Assembly: GCA_051294375.1 (NCBI GenBank)
Contig: JBJCIZ010000239.1
Coordinates: 4,010,402-4,074,401, forward strand
DNA length: 64,000 nt
From: Paraspadella gotoi
Taxonomy: Eukaryota > Animalia > Chaetognatha
Direction of reading: 5' to 3'
Shown: in pieces, positions 62,013 through 64,000 of the stretch
How the letters are laid out: each line of letters opens with the position of its first letter
How positions within the stretch are numbered: position 1 is the first letter of the stretch
The notes under the pieces: generated by a model
Databases searched by the model: none
The model's input: the letters and a program-made list of their open reading frames with translations, nothing else
Told to the model about the DNA's origin: nothing
Made by a program: the position numbers and the translations under genes

Positions 62013-62399
62013 TGGCAAACCCGGATGTGCTAATGAGAATTACGAGAAAATTCAAGGGGAAGAGAATGAGAGTCGGATGAAAAAAAAAAACTAAAAGGTG
62101 GCGGGAAAAACCTGATGTGATTAAGAAGAAGGGTGAGGCAAGCAGGGGGATGGAGCTGGGGGAGGGGTAAGGGATACAAAATGAAAGACGGGAAAGGGGA
62201 AAAGGAATTATAATTTATAGGGAAGGGAATAATTGGAGAAGTAGGAATATAGGGGAAAGTGAAATTGAGGGAAAGGGTGATGTGATGAAAGACAAAGGAA
62301 ATTAAGGGAGATGGGAAGGAAAGGTTAGAGCTAAATTAAGAAGGAAACAAATAGAGAGGGGAAAAGGGACAAAGTAAGAGGGCAATAAGAGGGAACAAG

Positions 62400-62742
62400 G
62401 AAAATTAGGGAGGGGAAAGAAAAGGGGGAGAAAGGGAATTAAGGGGGGAGAGAATTAGGGAGGAAAGTAGAAAGGGCTAAAAGAAAGGAAGGACAAAAAG
62501 GGATAAAATTAAGGGGAGAGGGGAAAAGGGAACAAAAAGGGTGGAGATAACGGCATAAAAATTAAGGGGAGGGAGGAAAAAGGGACGAAAAAGGATAAAA
62601 TTAAGGGGAGAGGGGAAAAGGACAAAAAGGGTGGAGAAATGGGCTAAAAATTAAGGGAAGAAGGGGAAAAGGGACAAAAAATTAAAGGGAGAGGGGAAAG
62701 GGACAAAAAGGGTGGAGAAAGGGATAAAAATTAAGGGAAGAG
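62400..62742 (+). repeat. Purine-rich degenerate minisatellite
   Basis: AAAATTAAGGGGAGAGGGGAAAAGGGACAAAAAGGGTGGAGA units. Confidence 0.75.
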
Positions 62743-64000
62743 TAATTTAAAATGATATTATTTATTACGAACTTCGTTAGGAAAGGAAGTGTTTCATAAA
62801 ATTAGATGTTCTAACATGCCGGTTGTTAATTAAAAATAACAATTACCTATTACCTCGCTATCTGTTGTCGCTAATTGTTCTCATTTCAGCCCATCAATAT
62901 CATAACAAGCTATTTCTTACTAACTCTAAGCCAAGCACAATCGATCATCAAATTCTTACACGCTCTCAGCCACTAAAAATCTCTCAAGTTAATTATTACT
63001 CGCGCTCAACCAATCAAATCGATCTAGCATCCCATTCTCGCTGTCAGCCAATCAAAAAATCGTTCTAGCTTACTCTTTCAGCCAATCAAAATCCTTCGAG
63101 TTAACTCTTTCGTGCAGAAAGTAAGTAAAGGTGAGAAACTTCTCTCTCCAACTCGGATGAGGGAGTGAGGGTCGCCCATGCATGAACTTACTTTCGAGGA
63201 GAAAGGGAGGAACTGACAAGGTAGGGTCGTGGGACTGGGGTGAGTTAAGAAAGAATGGGGAGAGGGAGGAGGTAATTAGAAAGGGGAAGGTAAAAATATG
63301 AAGGGGAAAAGAAGGAAAAAAGAAGGAAGGGAGGAAAAAAAAAAAGAAGGAGAGTGAGAGACAAGGAAAGGGAAGGAAGGGAATGGATAAAAAGGAAAAA
63401 GGGAGGAATGGAAGAAAAAAAGGAAAATAGAGAAAGGGGAAGAAAAAAGGAAAATGTGAGGAAGGAGAATGACAAAGGAGAAAGGAGGAAATCAAAGAAA
63501 AAATAAGGAAAAAGAGTAACGAAAGGGGATTGACGGAAAAGATAGGAGGCGCCTGGCGCTGGGGGCGGGGCAGTAATTAAATTGAGAGTAAAGAAGAAAG
63601 GCGGAAAATAGGGTAAGAAGGGAAGAGAAAAAAGATGGAGGAGGGGAAATGGGTTGAAGATGAAAGGAGGGAAGGGGCAAAAGGAAGGAGGAAGAGGATG
63701 AGGGGTGAAGGTAAGGAGAAATGGGAAAGTAAACGGGGGGACAAGAGGAAAGAAAGTGAAAAGAGAGAGGGAAAGGGAGACGGGGGAAGGGAAGAAGGAG
63801 GAAGGGAGGGAGAAGGGAAGAGAAGGCGGAATGGGAAAGAAGAAAGGGGAAGGGAAAGAAAAAAGGGAGAAGGGGAGGGGGAAACGAAATGGGGAAGGGA
63901 AAGGGGAAAAGCCTCCACCAGTCAACTTTGGCTTTGAGTTTAATCCAATTTCCTCTGATACGTCAATGAAGGCAGGAATATCTACGACGACGACGATGAC

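Overview
Eukaryotic, animal-like genomic scaffold. It has spliceosomal GT-AG introns and TTAGGG-like repeats, is very rich in microsatellites ((CT/GA)n, (GAC)n, (GAAT)n, (GTCG)n) and has many N gaps. Six gaps are exactly 25 N, and paired repeat copies differ mostly by single-base indels, which points to gap filling with noisy long reads. Almost all ORFs in the supplied track are microsatellite or N artefacts. Two host genes can be read from the sequence. The first is a complete two-exon ELOF1/Elf1 gene (minus strand, 55372-55926, 83 aa). The second is three in-frame exons of an extracellular-type leucine-rich-repeat gene (minus strand, 873-12713), which runs off the start of the window. The rest is mobile DNA: a Penelope-like GIY-YIG endonuclease fragment; a 1.6-kb inverted-repeat element with a minimal type I hammerhead ribozyme in each arm; two tRNA-derived SINEs whose bodies contain a twister-ribozyme-like fold; a Merlin-like MITE family with telomere-like cores; HINE/Helentron-like elements; an LTR-like direct repeat pair; and two unclassified structured repeats, one partly HDV-ribozyme-like. 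A dense cluster of RFX X-boxes lies near 60 kb. All calls were made by eye, with no database searches or folding programs.
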